The notes under the pieces are model-generated. The model had not been told where the DNA came from. It searched no databases and worked only from the letters and a program-made list of their open reading frames with translations. The translations under genes were made by a program, and so were the position numbers. Below are positions 19,375-29,531 of a DNA stretch of 64,000 bases, one piece after another (positions within the stretch are counted from its first letter, which is position 1; each line of letters starts with the position of its first letter). The stretch comes from Rhodospirillales bacterium (GTDB lineage Bacteria; Pseudomonadota; Alphaproteobacteria; Micavibrionales; UBA1664): positions 10,329 through 74,328 of the forward strand of contig CP060260.1 in assembly GCA_023898805.1 (NCBI GenBank). Reading direction: 5' to 3'.

Positions 19375-20462
19375 TGCCCGCGCTGGCCGAACGTTATGCC
19401 GCGCTGGTGCGGACGGGCGAAATCCAGCGCGACCCGGCGCAGGAACGCGCCGTTGCCGCCATGGATGGATTCCGCCGCCATTTTCTCACGGTGCGGGGGC
19501 GTACGCCTGGCCTGATCGACCGTTTGCGCGGGCGCAAATCACCGGCCACCGGCCTGTATTTGTATGGCGGGGTCGGGCGCGGCAAGACCATGCTGATGGA
19601 TCTGCTGGTCGCAAGCCTGCCGCCCGAACGCGTCCGCCGCGTCCATTTCCATGCCTTCATGCTGGAAATCCATGCCCGCCTCAAGGCCGTGCGCGAAGGC
19701 GGCGCGCCGGACGATTTTATCCCGCGCGTGGCGCAAGACATCGCGCGCGACACCGATCTTCTGTGTTTCGACGAACTGCACGTCAACGACATCGCCGATG
19801 CGATGATCCTTGGCCCGCTTTTCGTGGCGTTGATGGATGCGGGCGTCAGCGTGGTTGCGACCTCGAATTACCGACCGGACGACCTGTACGCGAACGGGCT
19901 GCAACGCGCCCGGTTTTTACCCTTTATCGCGCTGATCAAGGCGCGTATGGGCGTATGCCATGTGGAAGGCCCCACCGATTACCGGCACCGCGCCTTGTCC
20001 GAACGCGGTACATGGTTCCACCCCTTGAACGGCCATAGCCGCGACGCGATGGCCGCCTTGTTTGAAACGCTGACCGGGCACCGCAACCCCGGCCCGTCAA
20101 GCATAGAGGTCGATGGCCGCGACCTCCCGCTTTTGCACGCCGATGCGCGCTGTGCATGGCTGACCTTCGACGTTTTGTGCCGGGAAAACCGGGGCGCGTC
20201 CGATTACCTGGCGCTGGGCGCCGTGTTTGAAATCGTCTTTCTTGATGCCATACCCGAAATGGGCGAGGCGCAGCGCAACGAAGCGCGGCGCTTCATGACC
20301 CTGATCGACACGCTGTATGATACCAGACGCGTACTGGTCGCCCGTGCCGCCACCGCGCCGCAATCGCTTTACACCGGGGATTCCAACAAATTTGAATGGG
20401 ACCGGACCGTCAGCCGCCTGCTGGAGATGCAATCTCCGGCATGGTTTGCCCATAAAGCTTGA
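19374..20462 (+). CDS. zapE: ZapE/AFG1-family ATPase
   Basis: GLYLYGGVGRGKTMLMD Walker A and CFDELHVNDI Walker B. ATG shares one base with the tatC stop. Confidence 0.85.
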   Translation: MPALAERYAALVRTGEIQRDPAQERAVAAMDGFRRHFLTVRGRTPGLIDRLRGRKSPATGLYLYGGVGRGKTMLMDLLVASLPPERVRRVHFHAFMLEIHARLKAVREGGAPDDFIPRVAQDIARDTDLLCFDELHVNDIADAMILGPLFVALMDAGVSVVATSNYRPDDLYANGLQRARFLPFIALIKARMGVCHVEGPTDYRHRALSERGTWFHPLNGHSRDAMAALFETLTGHRNPGPSSIEVDGRDLPLLHADARCAWLTFDVLCRENRGASDYLALGAVFEIVFLDAIPEMGEAQRNEARRFMTLIDTLYDTRRVLVARAATAPQSLYTGDSNKFEWDRTVSRLLEMQSPAWFAHKA

Positions 20463-20521
20463 GTTAGCGTGCGGTTCGCCGTATCAACAAACCCGGATTA
20501 GGGATAAGCTCAAGAAACGAT

Positions 20522-21886
20522 ATGACCAGAAAATATTTCGGCACTGACGGCATCCGCGGCCGCGCCAACCAGCACCCGATGACGGCCGACGTCGCCCTGC
20601 GGGTCGCAATGGCGGCGGGCGCGGTTTTGCGCGCCGGTGCGGGCAAACCGCACAACCGCGTCGTGATCGGCAAGGATACCCGCCTGTCGGGCTATATGAT
20701 TGAACAGGCAATGTCCGCCGGCTTTCTGGCCATGGGTATGGACGTTGTGTTGCTCGGCCCCATGCCGACGCCCGCGGTGGCGATGCTCACACGCTCGCTG
20801 CGCGCCGATCTTGGCGTGATGATCTCGGCCTCGCACAACCCTTATGCCGATAACGGCATCAAGCTGTTCGGCGGCGACGGCTATAAACTTTCCGATGCGA
20901 TCGAAACCGCGATCGAGGCGCGGATCGACAATCCCGACCCGGCGCTGGCCCAGCCCACCGATCTTGGCCGCGCCAGCCGCCTCGACGACGCTTCCGGCCG
21001 CTATATCGAATTCGTCAAGGGGACATTCCCCCGTGGCCAGACCCTTGCGGGCCTGCGCGTCGTGGTCGATTGCGCCCATGGTGCGGCCTATCGCGTGGCG
21101 CCGCAGGTGTTGTGGGAATTGCAGGCCGACGTGATCCCGCTTGGCATCTCGCCCAACGGGCTCAACATCAATCAGGGCTGCGGCGCGACCGATACCGCGC
21201 TTTTGCAAAAAACCGTGGTCGAAAACGGCGCGGATCTGGGTATCGCGCTCGACGGCGACGCCGACCGCCTGATCATGGTCGATGAAACCGGCGCCCGCGT
21301 TGACGGTGACCAATTGATGGCGATTATCGCCAAATCGTGGAAAGAGGCGGGCGGGCTGCGCAATGGCACCGTGGTGGCAACGGTTATGTCCAATCTTGGG
21401 CTGGAACGCTATCTCGAAAAACTCGGCCTTCGCCTTGAGCGCACCGCCGTTGGCGACCGCTATGTCGTCGAACGCATGCGCGAGGGCGGGTTTAATCTGG
21501 GCGGTGAGCAATCGGGCCACATGGTCCTGTCCGATTTTGCCACGACCGGCGACGGGCTGATCGCAGCGCTTCAGGTGCTTGCGGTCCTGCGCGGGCAGGG
21601 CGGCAAGGACAGCGGGCTTAAAATGTCGCAGCTTGCGCGCACGTTTGAACCTGTTCCCCAGATACTTGAAAGTGTACGCTTTGCGGCGGGTGCGAATCCG
21701 CTGGAAGATGCGGGGGTTCGGGCCGCGATCGATGGCGCGGGCAAAAGCCTTGAAGGCAAGGGCCGGATTCTGGTCCGCGCTTCGGGGACCGAGCCGGTGA
21801 TCCGCGTCATGGCCGAAGGCGACGACGCGGGCGCAGTCCGCAGGATTGTCGAGGATGTCTGTGCCACCATCAAGGCGGTCGCCTGA
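20522..21886 (+). CDS. glmM: phosphoglucosamine mutase
   Basis: [23 protein letters not shown] (phosphoserine loop), DGDADR, GGEQSGH. Confidence 0.92.
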   Translation: MTRKYFGTDGIRGRANQHPMTADVALRVAMAAGAVLRAGAGKPHNRVVIGKDTRLSGYMIEQAMSAGFLAMGMDVVLLGPMPTPAVAMLTRSLRADLGVMISASHNPYADNGIKLFGGDGYKLSDAIETAIEARIDNPDPALAQPTDLGRASRLDDASGRYIEFVKGTFPRGQTLAGLRVVVDCAHGAAYRVAPQVLWELQADVIPLGISPNGLNINQGCGATDTALLQKTVVENGADLGIALDGDADRLIMVDETGARVDGDQLMAIIAKSWKEAGGLRNGTVVATVMSNLGLERYLEKLGLRLERTAVGDRYVVERMREGGFNLGGEQSGHMVLSDFATTGDGLIAALQVLAVLRGQGGKDSGLKMSQLARTFEPVPQILESVRFAAGANPLEDAGVRAAIDGAGKSLEGKGRILVRASGTEPVIRVMAEGDDAGAVRRIVEDVCATIKAVA

Positions 21887-21916
21887 ATTTAGGCGGGCAA
21901 AACGGGGGAAGATGAA

Positions 21917-22708
21917 ATGAGTAACGGAATTGTTCTGGCTGTCGATATGACCGACCCAAGCGGCGGGAAGGGGGCCTATGCGGCCATCAAGACCGCGCAG
22001 GCATTGGGCGGTTACGCGCAGGTCGCGGTTTCCGCCGTATCGGTCCAGACCCCGGAACAGATGCTGGGCATCTGGCCGGTGCCCGCCGCGGTGGTGGTCG
22101 ACCAGATGCGCGCGGCGTTTTCATCCTACAGCGTCGGGGCGATCTTACTGGGCCTGCTACCGGGCAAGGACGTGATCGATGCGGTCGGCGACCTGCTCGA
22201 TAACCTTAAGCCGAAAGTCCCGGTGATCGTCGACCCGGTGATCGAAAGCCGCGATGGCAAACGTTTCCTAGACAAACCCGATATCGACGCGCTCAAGCGC
22301 CGCATCCTGATCCATGCCGACCTGCTGATGCCCAGCATCGGCGAGGCCGAGCATTTGACCGGGCAAGCCATCAGGGACGAGCAAACGATGGAACACGCGG
22401 CTGAAATGCTGCTGACCCTGGGTGCGCGCAACGTGCTGCTGAAGGGCGAAACGCTGGAACGCGAAAAGATATACGAAATCTATGTCGATGACCGTCGCAC
22501 GCAGGTCTTTGAATCCGAACGTCTGCCGGGCCGTAATATCCATGGTGCCGGCTCGACTCTGGCGGCGGCGGCGGCGGTGCTGGTGGCGCAGGGCAACACC
22601 CCGCGCGAATCGGTTGTCCGTGCCCGCGCCTACCTTGAGGAAATGATCCGCAACGCCTCGGATTTCGATGGCGAAGCATCCGTCCCCTTGCGCCACGCGG
22701 CCCAGTGA
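21917..22708 (+). CDS. ThiD/PfkB-like kinase (divergent hydroxymethylpyrimidine/phosphomethylpyrimidine kinase family)
   Basis: Length and C-terminal HGAGSTLAAAAAVLVAQG anion-hole block fit ThiD-like kinases. The N-terminal DPSGGKG is a degenerate version of the usual GSDSGGGAG. Confidence 0.65.
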   Translation: MSNGIVLAVDMTDPSGGKGAYAAIKTAQALGGYAQVAVSAVSVQTPEQMLGIWPVPAAVVVDQMRAAFSSYSVGAILLGLLPGKDVIDAVGDLLDNLKPKVPVIVDPVIESRDGKRFLDKPDIDALKRRILIHADLLMPSIGEAEHLTGQAIRDEQTMEHAAEMLLTLGARNVLLKGETLEREKIYEIYVDDRRTQVFESERLPGRNIHGAGSTLAAAAAVLVAQGNTPRESVVRARAYLEEMIRNASDFDGEASVPLRHAAQ

Positions 22709-22730
22709 CGTATGCGCAAGTGACGCGGCC

Positions 22731-23411
22731 ATGGTGGGTTCCCTCATACAGGATTTGAACGCCTACCGTTATGGCCCGCTGGCGGCGGGCAAGCCGCACA
22801 ATCTTGTCGTGTTGCTGCATGGTCTTGGCTCCAACGGACAGGACTTGATTTCGCTTGCGCCCGTCTGGGCGGCGGAAATGCCCAACACGTTGTTTGTCAG
22901 CCCGGACGCGCCCTTTGTCTGCGATATGGCCCCGCCGGGTTTTGACGGCAGTTTTCAGTGGTTTTCCCTGCGTGAATGGACGCAGGAAGCGATGCTTAAG
23001 GGTGCGGAAAACGCCTTTCCGATTGTGGATAACTTTCTGGATAAGCTGTTGAAATCGACAGGACTATCGGAAGACAAAATGGTGCTGGCTGGGTTTTCGC
23101 AAGGAACGATGATGGCGCTATACGCGGCGCTACGCCGCAAAAACGCATGCGCCGGCATTCTGGGATATTCCGGCGCACTACTGGGTGGCGGGCAGCTCAA
23201 GAACGCGAATATCCACAAAATACCCACATGCCTGATTCATGGGGGCGTCGACAACGTGGTTCCCATAACCGCATGGCATCAGGCCATCGACCAGCTCAGG
23301 GATGCGGACATTCCGGTGGAGGGTGAGATCATTCCCGGCCTTGCCCATGGCATCGACGATCGGGGTATAAAGATCGGTTCACGCTTCTTAAGGCAATGCT
23401 TGGGCTCCTAA
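22731..23411 (+). CDS. alpha/beta hydrolase (phospholipase/carboxylesterase family)
   Basis: VVLLHGLGSNG, GFSQG nucleophile elbow, and a late HG...D/H pair. Confidence 0.8.
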   Translation: MVGSLIQDLNAYRYGPLAAGKPHNLVVLLHGLGSNGQDLISLAPVWAAEMPNTLFVSPDAPFVCDMAPPGFDGSFQWFSLREWTQEAMLKGAENAFPIVDNFLDKLLKSTGLSEDKMVLAGFSQGTMMALYAALRRKNACAGILGYSGALLGGGQLKNANIHKIPTCLIHGGVDNVVPITAWHQAIDQLRDADIPVEGEIIPGLAHGIDDRGIKIGSRFLRQCLGS

Positions 23412-23637
23412 GCTGCATCGCAATATTGTTTCAATGCAAAAGAAATAATATTACCCAAAAAATGGCGGATTTCCGTGCTTGACACGAAAATGCACCAATC
23501 GATACCGCTGCAATGCATCACATATTGTTTCAAAAAACTGCAAGAAAGCACTGAAAAACAAGATATAATTAAATCGTGAGCTTAAAGGTTCACGAATTAA
23601 TACTGAACCTTGGGCGCACTTCACAAAGGAGGCATTC

Positions 23638-23997
23638 ATGTTTGGTAATGTAACCGACTTTTCGCATACTAGGTCCCATACCGAGGCGATTGGGTTCTTC
23701 GTTTTTACGACGATCCTGCTGGTCGGTTTGTCGACCATCCTTGTCCCCGTACTTGGCCTGATCGGTATTGATCTTGGCACGACCACCAGCACGGTTGTGA
23801 CGGGTGTCACGGTACACACCCTGATCAGCACGCTGTTCGTGCTTCTGCTCTCTAGCCTGATCCTCGTCGGCAAAAAACTGACCGGCGACCTTCTGTCGAT
23901 CATCCTGACCGTGGTGGGCGTTTATGCGACTTATCACATCTCGGTCGTGCTCGGCATGGTGGTGGTCAGCTATCTGACCACGATCAAGGGCAAATAG
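23638..23997 (+). CDS. hypothetical 4-TM membrane protein (119 aa)
   Basis: Strong SD AAGGAGG 6 nt upstream. Four hydrophobic stretches. AT-richer than its surroundings. Confidence 0.6.
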   Translation: MFGNVTDFSHTRSHTEAIGFFVFTTILLVGLSTILVPVLGLIGIDLGTTTSTVVTGVTVHTLISTLFVLLLSSLILVGKKLTGDLLSIILTVVGVYATYHISVVLGMVVVSYLTTIKGK

Positions 23998-24041
23998 GCC
24001 TGACGTGTTTCGTTAACCCCCTGATGTAAGGGGGTGTTTCG

Positions 24042-24075
24042 GAGCCGGATCCGCTGGATGATCCGGCTCTTTTTT
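24042..24075 (+). terminator. intrinsic terminator
   Basis: GAGCCGGAT / ATCCGGCTC 9-bp stem followed by T6. A second short CCCCC/GGGGG hairpin lies at 24017-24034. Confidence 0.6.
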
Positions 24076-24154
24076 ATAGCAAATTTGTTGACATTTCTGT
24101 GTACGCTCCCTTAGACACAAGGCATTCCATAGTTTTGCGGTCATGGGGATAAAA

Positions 24155-24268
24155 ATGTTCAGGGATATGTTCGATTTTAAAAAGACGCGCACGCCGGTTG
24201 AGGCGGCCGCGTTTTTTGGTTTTTACACCGGCCTGTTTTTGCTGGCGGGTAAATTGCTGGGCTTTTAA
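24155..24268 (+). CDS. 37-aa ORF resembling the N-terminus of the 23638 membrane protein (mini-protein or gene fragment)
   Basis: Own translation MFRDMFDFKKTRTPVEAAAFFGFYTGLFLLAGKLLGF, compared with MFGNVTDFSHTRSHTEAIGFFVFTTILLVGL. Confidence 0.3.
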   Translation: MFRDMFDFKKTRTPVEAAAFFGFYTGLFLLAGKLLGF

Positions 24269-24379
24269 AGCGCTTAAATTGGCCCGACGCGGGAATCTGC
24301 GGTATAATGGAAGGGTGCAAGGATATGCGCCCGGACATTCACTGCCGCATCCCCGTATAAGTCGGGGCAAAGGGGCCGT

Positions 24380-24955
24380 GTGATGATGCTCGGATCCGGC
24401 GGCCACCCTGACATGTACCCGGCCCTGGTTCTGAATGCCGATTTTCGTCCACTCAGCTATTACCCGCTTTCCCTCTGGCCGTGGGAGGAGGCGGTCAAGG
24501 CCGTCTTCCGTGACAGCGTCACGGTGCTGGCAGAATACGACCGCATCGTGCATTCACCCTCTACCGCGATGAAACTGCCCAGCGTGCTGGCCTTGCGGGA
24601 ATACGTGCCCGCCGTCCAGACGCCGGCCTTCACGCGCTTTAACGTATTCCTGCGCGACCAATGGAAATGCCAATATTGCGGCGAACGCTTCAAGACCCAG
24701 CAACTGACCTTCGATCACGTCATTCCGCGCTCGCGCGGCGGGCGCACCAGCTGGGACAACATCGTTACCGCCTGCCGCCCCTGTAACACGGCGAAAGGCC
24801 GTCTGCTGCCCCATGAATGCGGCATGTTCCCGCGCATCGAGCCCTTTCGCCCCGGTCTGCACGAACTGCAGATGCAGGGCCGCAAATTCCCGCCCAGCTT
24901 TCTGCATCAAAGCTGGCACGACTTCCTGTACTGGGATTCCGAACTGGAAAGTTGA
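24380..24955 (+). CDS. HNH endonuclease
   Basis: CQYCG...DHVIPRSRGG...WDNIVTACRPCN (CxxC-HNH-CxxC). The start may be the downstream MYPALVLN at 24413. Confidence 0.8.
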   Translation: MMMLGSGGHPDMYPALVLNADFRPLSYYPLSLWPWEEAVKAVFRDSVTVLAEYDRIVHSPSTAMKLPSVLALREYVPAVQTPAFTRFNVFLRDQWKCQYCGERFKTQQLTFDHVIPRSRGGRTSWDNIVTACRPCNTAKGRLLPHECGMFPRIEPFRPGLHELQMQGRKFPPSFLHQSWHDFLYWDSELES

Positions 24956-25516
24956 TCAATAAGGCCCGGGCATGGATTCGCGCGACAGGTAATAGACCTG
25001 CGTGTCCTCCATGACACCCCCGTTGCAGTAATGGCCCTTATGCAGCGCACCCGCCTGAAAACCGGCTTTCGCCATCAGGCGCACGGCCTCGTGCCGTGCC
25101 GGATTGATATTGGCTGTCACGATCTGGGTGTCACGAAACGCTGCGCAGTTGAAGGCGAAACTGGCAAGGCCGCGTAAAACTTGCGGACCGTAACCGCGTC
25201 GCTGATAGGCCGGATGCAGGATCAATCCCACATCCGCCAGACTGTCGCCGAATTCCGAGCGCGTGACGGTGCCGAACCCGATACGCTGCCGCGTTCTACG
25301 CTTGCGCAGGACGACGATCCAGCTGTCATGCGCGGATTGAAGTCCGGCTTTGCGCTGCTCGCTGATCGCGTCCATGACGTCGTCATATGTGATATCCGGC
25401 TGGCCGCCCGCGCTGCCGTTTTCAGGCGCGTTGAACAGTTTCAGCAAATAGGGCGCATCGCGCAGCAGGGCCGGACTGGCGGAAACGTCCGCAGTACGGA
25501 AGACGGGCTTTGACAT
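24956..25516 (-). CDS. GNAT-family N-acetyltransferase (RimJ/RimL-like)
   Basis: HPAYQRRGYG acetyl-CoA loop (Q/RxxGxG), 186 aa. Its stop abuts the HNH stop. Confidence 0.8.
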   Translation of the reverse strand: MSKPVFRTADVSASPALLRDAPYLLKLFNAPENGSAGGQPDITYDDVMDAISEQRKAGLQSAHDSWIVVLRKRRTRQRIGFGTVTRSEFGDSLADVGLILHPAYQRRGYGPQVLRGLASFAFNCAAFRDTQIVTANINPARHEAVRLMAKAGFQAGALHKGHYCNGGVMEDTQVYYLSRESMPGPY

Positions 25517-25864
25517 AGTGTGCGTGATAGCACGATCGCTTGATCTTATGCAAATAAAATGAAAAGCTGTGTGCGGGTATTAAAATCTCAAACCGTAAAA
25601 ACGTAACAGCGCACATTCTGACCCTCGATGACAAAGGCGGCGCGTTTGGGGATCATGCGGCGCCCGCGGGCCATGCCCATGCTGTGTCGCATCAAATCAC
25701 CAAGCACGCGCGAAGGATGGCCGCGAAACGTCATCGATAGCGGGCCTGGAAAATCCCCCTGAATTCTGGTTCTGTCCTCGCTTTGCGCGATGGTGAAATG
25801 GTAACAGAGTGGTGGCCGGATCATGCGCAAGCGATAGCGGGCCCGAAAAGAATATGCAAATAAA

Positions 25865-27031
25865 TTACGCGGCTTTGCGCCCGGCCTTGTGCGCCGCGAT
25901 CATATCGACGAAGCGCCCGAACAGGTAATGGGAATCATGCGGGCCGGGGCTGGCTTCGGGGTGGTATTGCACCGAAAACGCGGGCCGATCGCTGCACGCC
26001 AATCCTTCGTTCGATCCGTCGAACAGGCTGACATGCGTGACCTGCACATTGGGGGGCAGGGTTTCGGGCATGACGCAGAACCCGTGGTTTTGGCTGGTGA
26101 TCTCGACCTTGCCGGTGGTCAGGTCCTTGACCGGCTGGTTGGCGCCGCGATGCCCCAGATGCATTTTTTTGGTCTTGCCGCCCAGCGCCAGCGCCAGCAT
26201 CTGGTGCCCAAGACAGATGCCGAAAATCGGCATTCTGGCGTCCAGAAGGGCGCGGATGACAGGCACGGCATACTGCCCGGTTGCCGCCGGGTCGCCCGGT
26301 CCGTTCGACAGGAACACCCCGTCGGGTTTAAGCGCCAGAATATCTTCGGCCGATGTCTGCGCAGGCACCACGGTGACGGCGCAACCCGCATCGGCCAGAC
26401 AGCGCAGGATGTTGCGCTTGGCTCCGTAATCGATCGCCACGACGTGGTATTTCGGCTGGGTCTGGCGGGCATAGCCGCCTTCCAGCGACCACAGGGCCTC
26501 GTCCCAGCTATAGCGTTGCTGGCACGACACCTCGATCGCAAGATCCATGCCGTCCAGCCCCGGCCACTCCTGCGCCCGGGCTTTTAGCGTCGGAATATCG
26601 AAAACACCATCCGCGCGATGGCTGATGACGCCGTTGGGCGCGCCTGCATCGCGAATGCGCCGGGTCAAGGCACGGGTATCGACACCGCTGATGCCCGGCA
26701 GGTTGTGATGCCGCAGCCACTGGTCGAGTCCCTGACCCGCGCGCCAGTTGCTGGAATCAGTCACGCGCTCGTGCACGATCATCCCGCGCGCGGCGGGGTT
26801 GATGGTTTCGATATCTTCCGGGTTGGTGCCCACGTTGCCGATATGCGGAAATGTGAAGGTGATGATCTGCCCGGCATAGGACGGGTCGGTCAAAATCTCC
26901 TGATACCCGGTCATCGACGTGTTGAAACAGATTTCGCCCACCATCTCGGCCTCGGCCCCGAAACCATGGCCGTAAAACACGCTCCCGTCGCTTAAAACCA
27001 GTACGGCGGTGGGGGCGGGGGCACGGGTCAT
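25865..27031 (-). CDS. carA: carbamoyl-phosphate synthase small (glutaminase) subunit
   Basis: GEICFNTSMTGYQE, IFGICLGHQML catalytic Cys and SVQYHPEASPGP. Start taken at MTRAPAPT. Confidence 0.92.
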   Translation of the reverse strand: MTRAPAPTAVLVLSDGSVFYGHGFGAEAEMVGEICFNTSMTGYQEILTDPSYAGQIITFTFPHIGNVGTNPEDIETINPAARGMIVHERVTDSSNWRAGQGLDQWLRHHNLPGISGVDTRALTRRIRDAGAPNGVISHRADGVFDIPTLKARAQEWPGLDGMDLAIEVSCQQRYSWDEALWSLEGGYARQTQPKYHVVAIDYGAKRNILRCLADAGCAVTVVPAQTSAEDILALKPDGVFLSNGPGDPAATGQYAVPVIRALLDARMPIFGICLGHQMLALALGGKTKKMHLGHRGANQPVKDLTTGKVEITSQNHGFCVMPETLPPNVQVTHVSLFDGSNEGLACSDRPAFSVQYHPEASPGPHDSHYLFGRFVDMIAAHKAGRKAA

Positions 27032-27121
27032 GGCGCAGGCGATCCTTTGCACGGCTTGAGTTGTGGGCTAAGTGGGTGTTATACACGGCTTTGAAAGCAA
27101 ACAAAAAGAAATTTGCCCGCC

Positions 27122-27571
27122 ATGACCGATCTGCGCACCCGTTTTACCGATGACATGAAAACCGCGATGAAAAGCGGCGATTCCGCGACTCTGGCGACCG
27201 TCCGCCTGATCATCGCCCAGATGAAGCTCAAGGACACCGAGGGCAAGGGCAAGATCGACGATGCCGGCATCCTGCCGATGCTCCAGACCATGGTGAAGCA
27301 GCGCCAGGAATCCGCGAAAATCTACCGCGATAACAACCGCCCCGAACTGGCCGAAAAGGAAGAGGCGGAGATCAAGGTCATCGAAACTTATCTGCCCAAA
27401 CAGCTTTCGGTCGAGGAAACGGAAACCGCCGTCGCCGCGATCATCGCCGAACTGGGTGTCACCTCGGCCAAGGATATGGGGAAGGTGATGGCCGAACTCA
27501 AGACCCGCTATGCCGGACAGCTGGACATGTCCAAAGTCGGCCCGATCGTCAAATCCAAACTGGCGGCATGA
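27122..27571 (+). CDS. GatB/YqeY-domain protein
   Basis: LRTRFTDDMKTAMKSGD...ELAEKEEAEIKVIETYLPKQL typical YqeY layout. Confidence 0.85.
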   Translation: MTDLRTRFTDDMKTAMKSGDSATLATVRLIIAQMKLKDTEGKGKIDDAGILPMLQTMVKQRQESAKIYRDNNRPELAEKEEAEIKVIETYLPKQLSVEETETAVAAIIAELGVTSAKDMGKVMAELKTRYAGQLDMSKVGPIVKSKLAA

Positions 27572-27598
27572 AAAACCGTCCAAAACGGGCGGTTTTTA
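27572..27598 (+). terminator. intrinsic terminator
   Basis: AACCGUCC/GGGCGGUU stem (one G-U pair) with AAAA loop, followed by T5. Confidence 0.55.
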
Positions 27599-27740
27599 AT
27601 TCAGGGCCGGGGCTCTTTTTACGGAACCAGCGTTTCCCATTTGATGGTAAATTCGCACCCAATATAGCGGACTTTTATTATGTAAATATAAGTAAGGGAA
27701 AATCTTTTCGCGGCGGGCTGTAATCTGCTACGTCAAACTC

Positions 27741-29453
27741 ATGCTCGTCCCGAAAAGCTTCCTTGATGATCTGCGCGCGCGCCTGCGCCTGTCGGATATC
27801 ATCAACCGCCGCGTAAAACTCACGCGCGCGGGGCGGGAATTCCGGGCCTGCTGTCCGTTTCACCACGAAAAGTCCCCGTCCTTTTACGTCAATGACGAAA
27901 AAGGATTCTATCACTGCTTCGGCTGCGGCGCGCATGGCGATCATATCGGCTTCCTGATGCGCCACGACAATCGCGGCTTCATGGACGCGATCGAGGAACT
28001 GGCCGCGCAGGCGGGGCTGCAGGTGCCCCGGCCCAGCCCGCAGGAAATGGAACGGCAAAGCCGCCGCGAACGCCTGATCCGGCTGATGGAGGCGGCGACG
28101 GTCTTTTACGCCGCGCGCCTGTTTGAAAACCGCGACGTGCTGGATTACCTGACCGGGCGGGGTCTGACCCTCGATACGATCCATGCCTTCCGCCTTGGCT
28201 ACGCCCCGCCGGGGAAGGAGGTTCTGGCCGAAATGCGCAAGGCCGGTTATGCCGACGACGAATTGCTGGAAGCCGGGCTTGCCCGCCGATCGGATCGCGA
28301 TGGCGGCCTGTTTCCCTTTTTCCGCGACCGGGTGATGTTTCCGGTCGGCGACCGGCGCGGCCAAAGCATCGCCTTTGGCGCGCGCATCCTGCCCGATCAT
28401 CTGCGTCCGCCCGCGCCCGACGCGCCAAAACCGCCCAAATACATCAATTCCGGCGAAACGCCGTTGTTTCAAAAAGGGCACATGCTCTACAACGAATCGC
28501 GCGCGCGCGCGGCGGCGGCCAAGGGTGAGCCGGTGGTGGTGTGCGAAGGCTATGCCGACGTCATCGCCCTGTGGCAGGCCGGGTTTACGGGCGCGGTCGC
28601 GCCGCTTGGCACCGCGCTGACCGAGGCGCAAATCGGCGCCCTGTGGTCGATGATCCCGGACGGCGCGGAAACCGGCGTGCGCGAACCCATCCTGTGTTTC
28701 GACGGCGACGCGGCGGGCCAGCGCGCCGCCACCCGCGCGATGGACCGCATCCTGCCGCTGCTGACCGCCGGGGTTTCGGCGCGCTTTGCCTTTTTGACCG
28801 ACGGCATGGACCCGGATGACCTGATTCGCGCGCGCGGGGCGGCGGGTTTCCGGCAGGTGCTGGAAAAATCCGTGCCGCTTTCCGCGATGATCTGGCGCAC
28901 ACTGACCGACGGGCGGCGGTTTTCCACGCCCGAATCACGCGCGGGCCTGCAAAAATCCATTGCCGGCGTGGTCGCGGCCATTGCCGACCGCGCGGTGCAA
29001 AAACAATACGAATCCGCGCTCAAAGATCTGTTCTATCAGGCCTTCAACGTCAGGCGCCGGGATGCGAACGGCCCAAAAGGGGCTGGCGCAATGGCCGCGC
29101 GCACGGCCTTGCCCGATCCGCGCGCGCGCGGGACGAATGAAAGGACGCACGTGGCTCTGGCCGCAATCCTGAACTTCCCCGAGATTTTTCATGATGCCGA
29201 GGAGCCGCTTGGTCGTCTGCCCATCGCCGACCCGCGCCTTGATGCGATCCGCCAGCGCGTTCTTGAAATCCTTTCCGACGTGCCCGAAATGGGGCATGAG
29301 GAACTGATGCAGGCCCTTGAAAAACAAGGATTTGGCGACGATTTACGGGCGGTGATGACGGCCGCAAGGCTGCATGGCTTGTCGTCCCGCGCGACCTCCA
29401 GCCCGGTTCAGGCGCTCGAAGGCTTGCGTGAGGCGGTAGGGGCCGCGCGATAA
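27741..29453 (+). CDS. dnaG: DNA primase
   Basis: Zinc ribbon CCPFHHEKSPSFYVNDEKGFYHCFGCGAHGD and Toprim block VVVCEGYADVIAL...FDGDAAG. Confidence 0.9.
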   Translation: MLVPKSFLDDLRARLRLSDIINRRVKLTRAGREFRACCPFHHEKSPSFYVNDEKGFYHCFGCGAHGDHIGFLMRHDNRGFMDAIEELAAQAGLQVPRPSPQEMERQSRRERLIRLMEAATVFYAARLFENRDVLDYLTGRGLTLDTIHAFRLGYAPPGKEVLAEMRKAGYADDELLEAGLARRSDRDGGLFPFFRDRVMFPVGDRRGQSIAFGARILPDHLRPPAPDAPKPPKYINSGETPLFQKGHMLYNESRARAAAAKGEPVVVCEGYADVIALWQAGFTGAVAPLGTALTEAQIGALWSMIPDGAETGVREPILCFDGDAAGQRAATRAMDRILPLLTAGVSARFAFLTDGMDPDDLIRARGAAGFRQVLEKSVPLSAMIWRTLTDGRRFSTPESRAGLQKSIAGVVAAIADRAVQKQYESALKDLFYQAFNVRRRDANGPKGAGAMAARTALPDPRARGTNERTHVALAAILNFPEIFHDAEEPLGRLPIADPRLDAIRQRVLEILSDVPEMGHEELMQALEKQGFGDDLRAVMTAARLHGLSSRATSSPVQALEGLREAVGAAR

Positions 29454-29531
29454 GATTTTGATTTTACGCGACACTCCTTTATATGTACCTCTTTGATCAT
29501 TCGCATTTTTGGGCTTCAAGGGGTACGACAC

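Noticed and set aside
25588-25830. 80-aa ORF with a PilZ-like RRxxxR tail as a real gene
   Set aside because: It is truncated before the second PilZ motif, has no SD and an implausible N-terminal half. It is kept only as a low-interest possible pseudogene.
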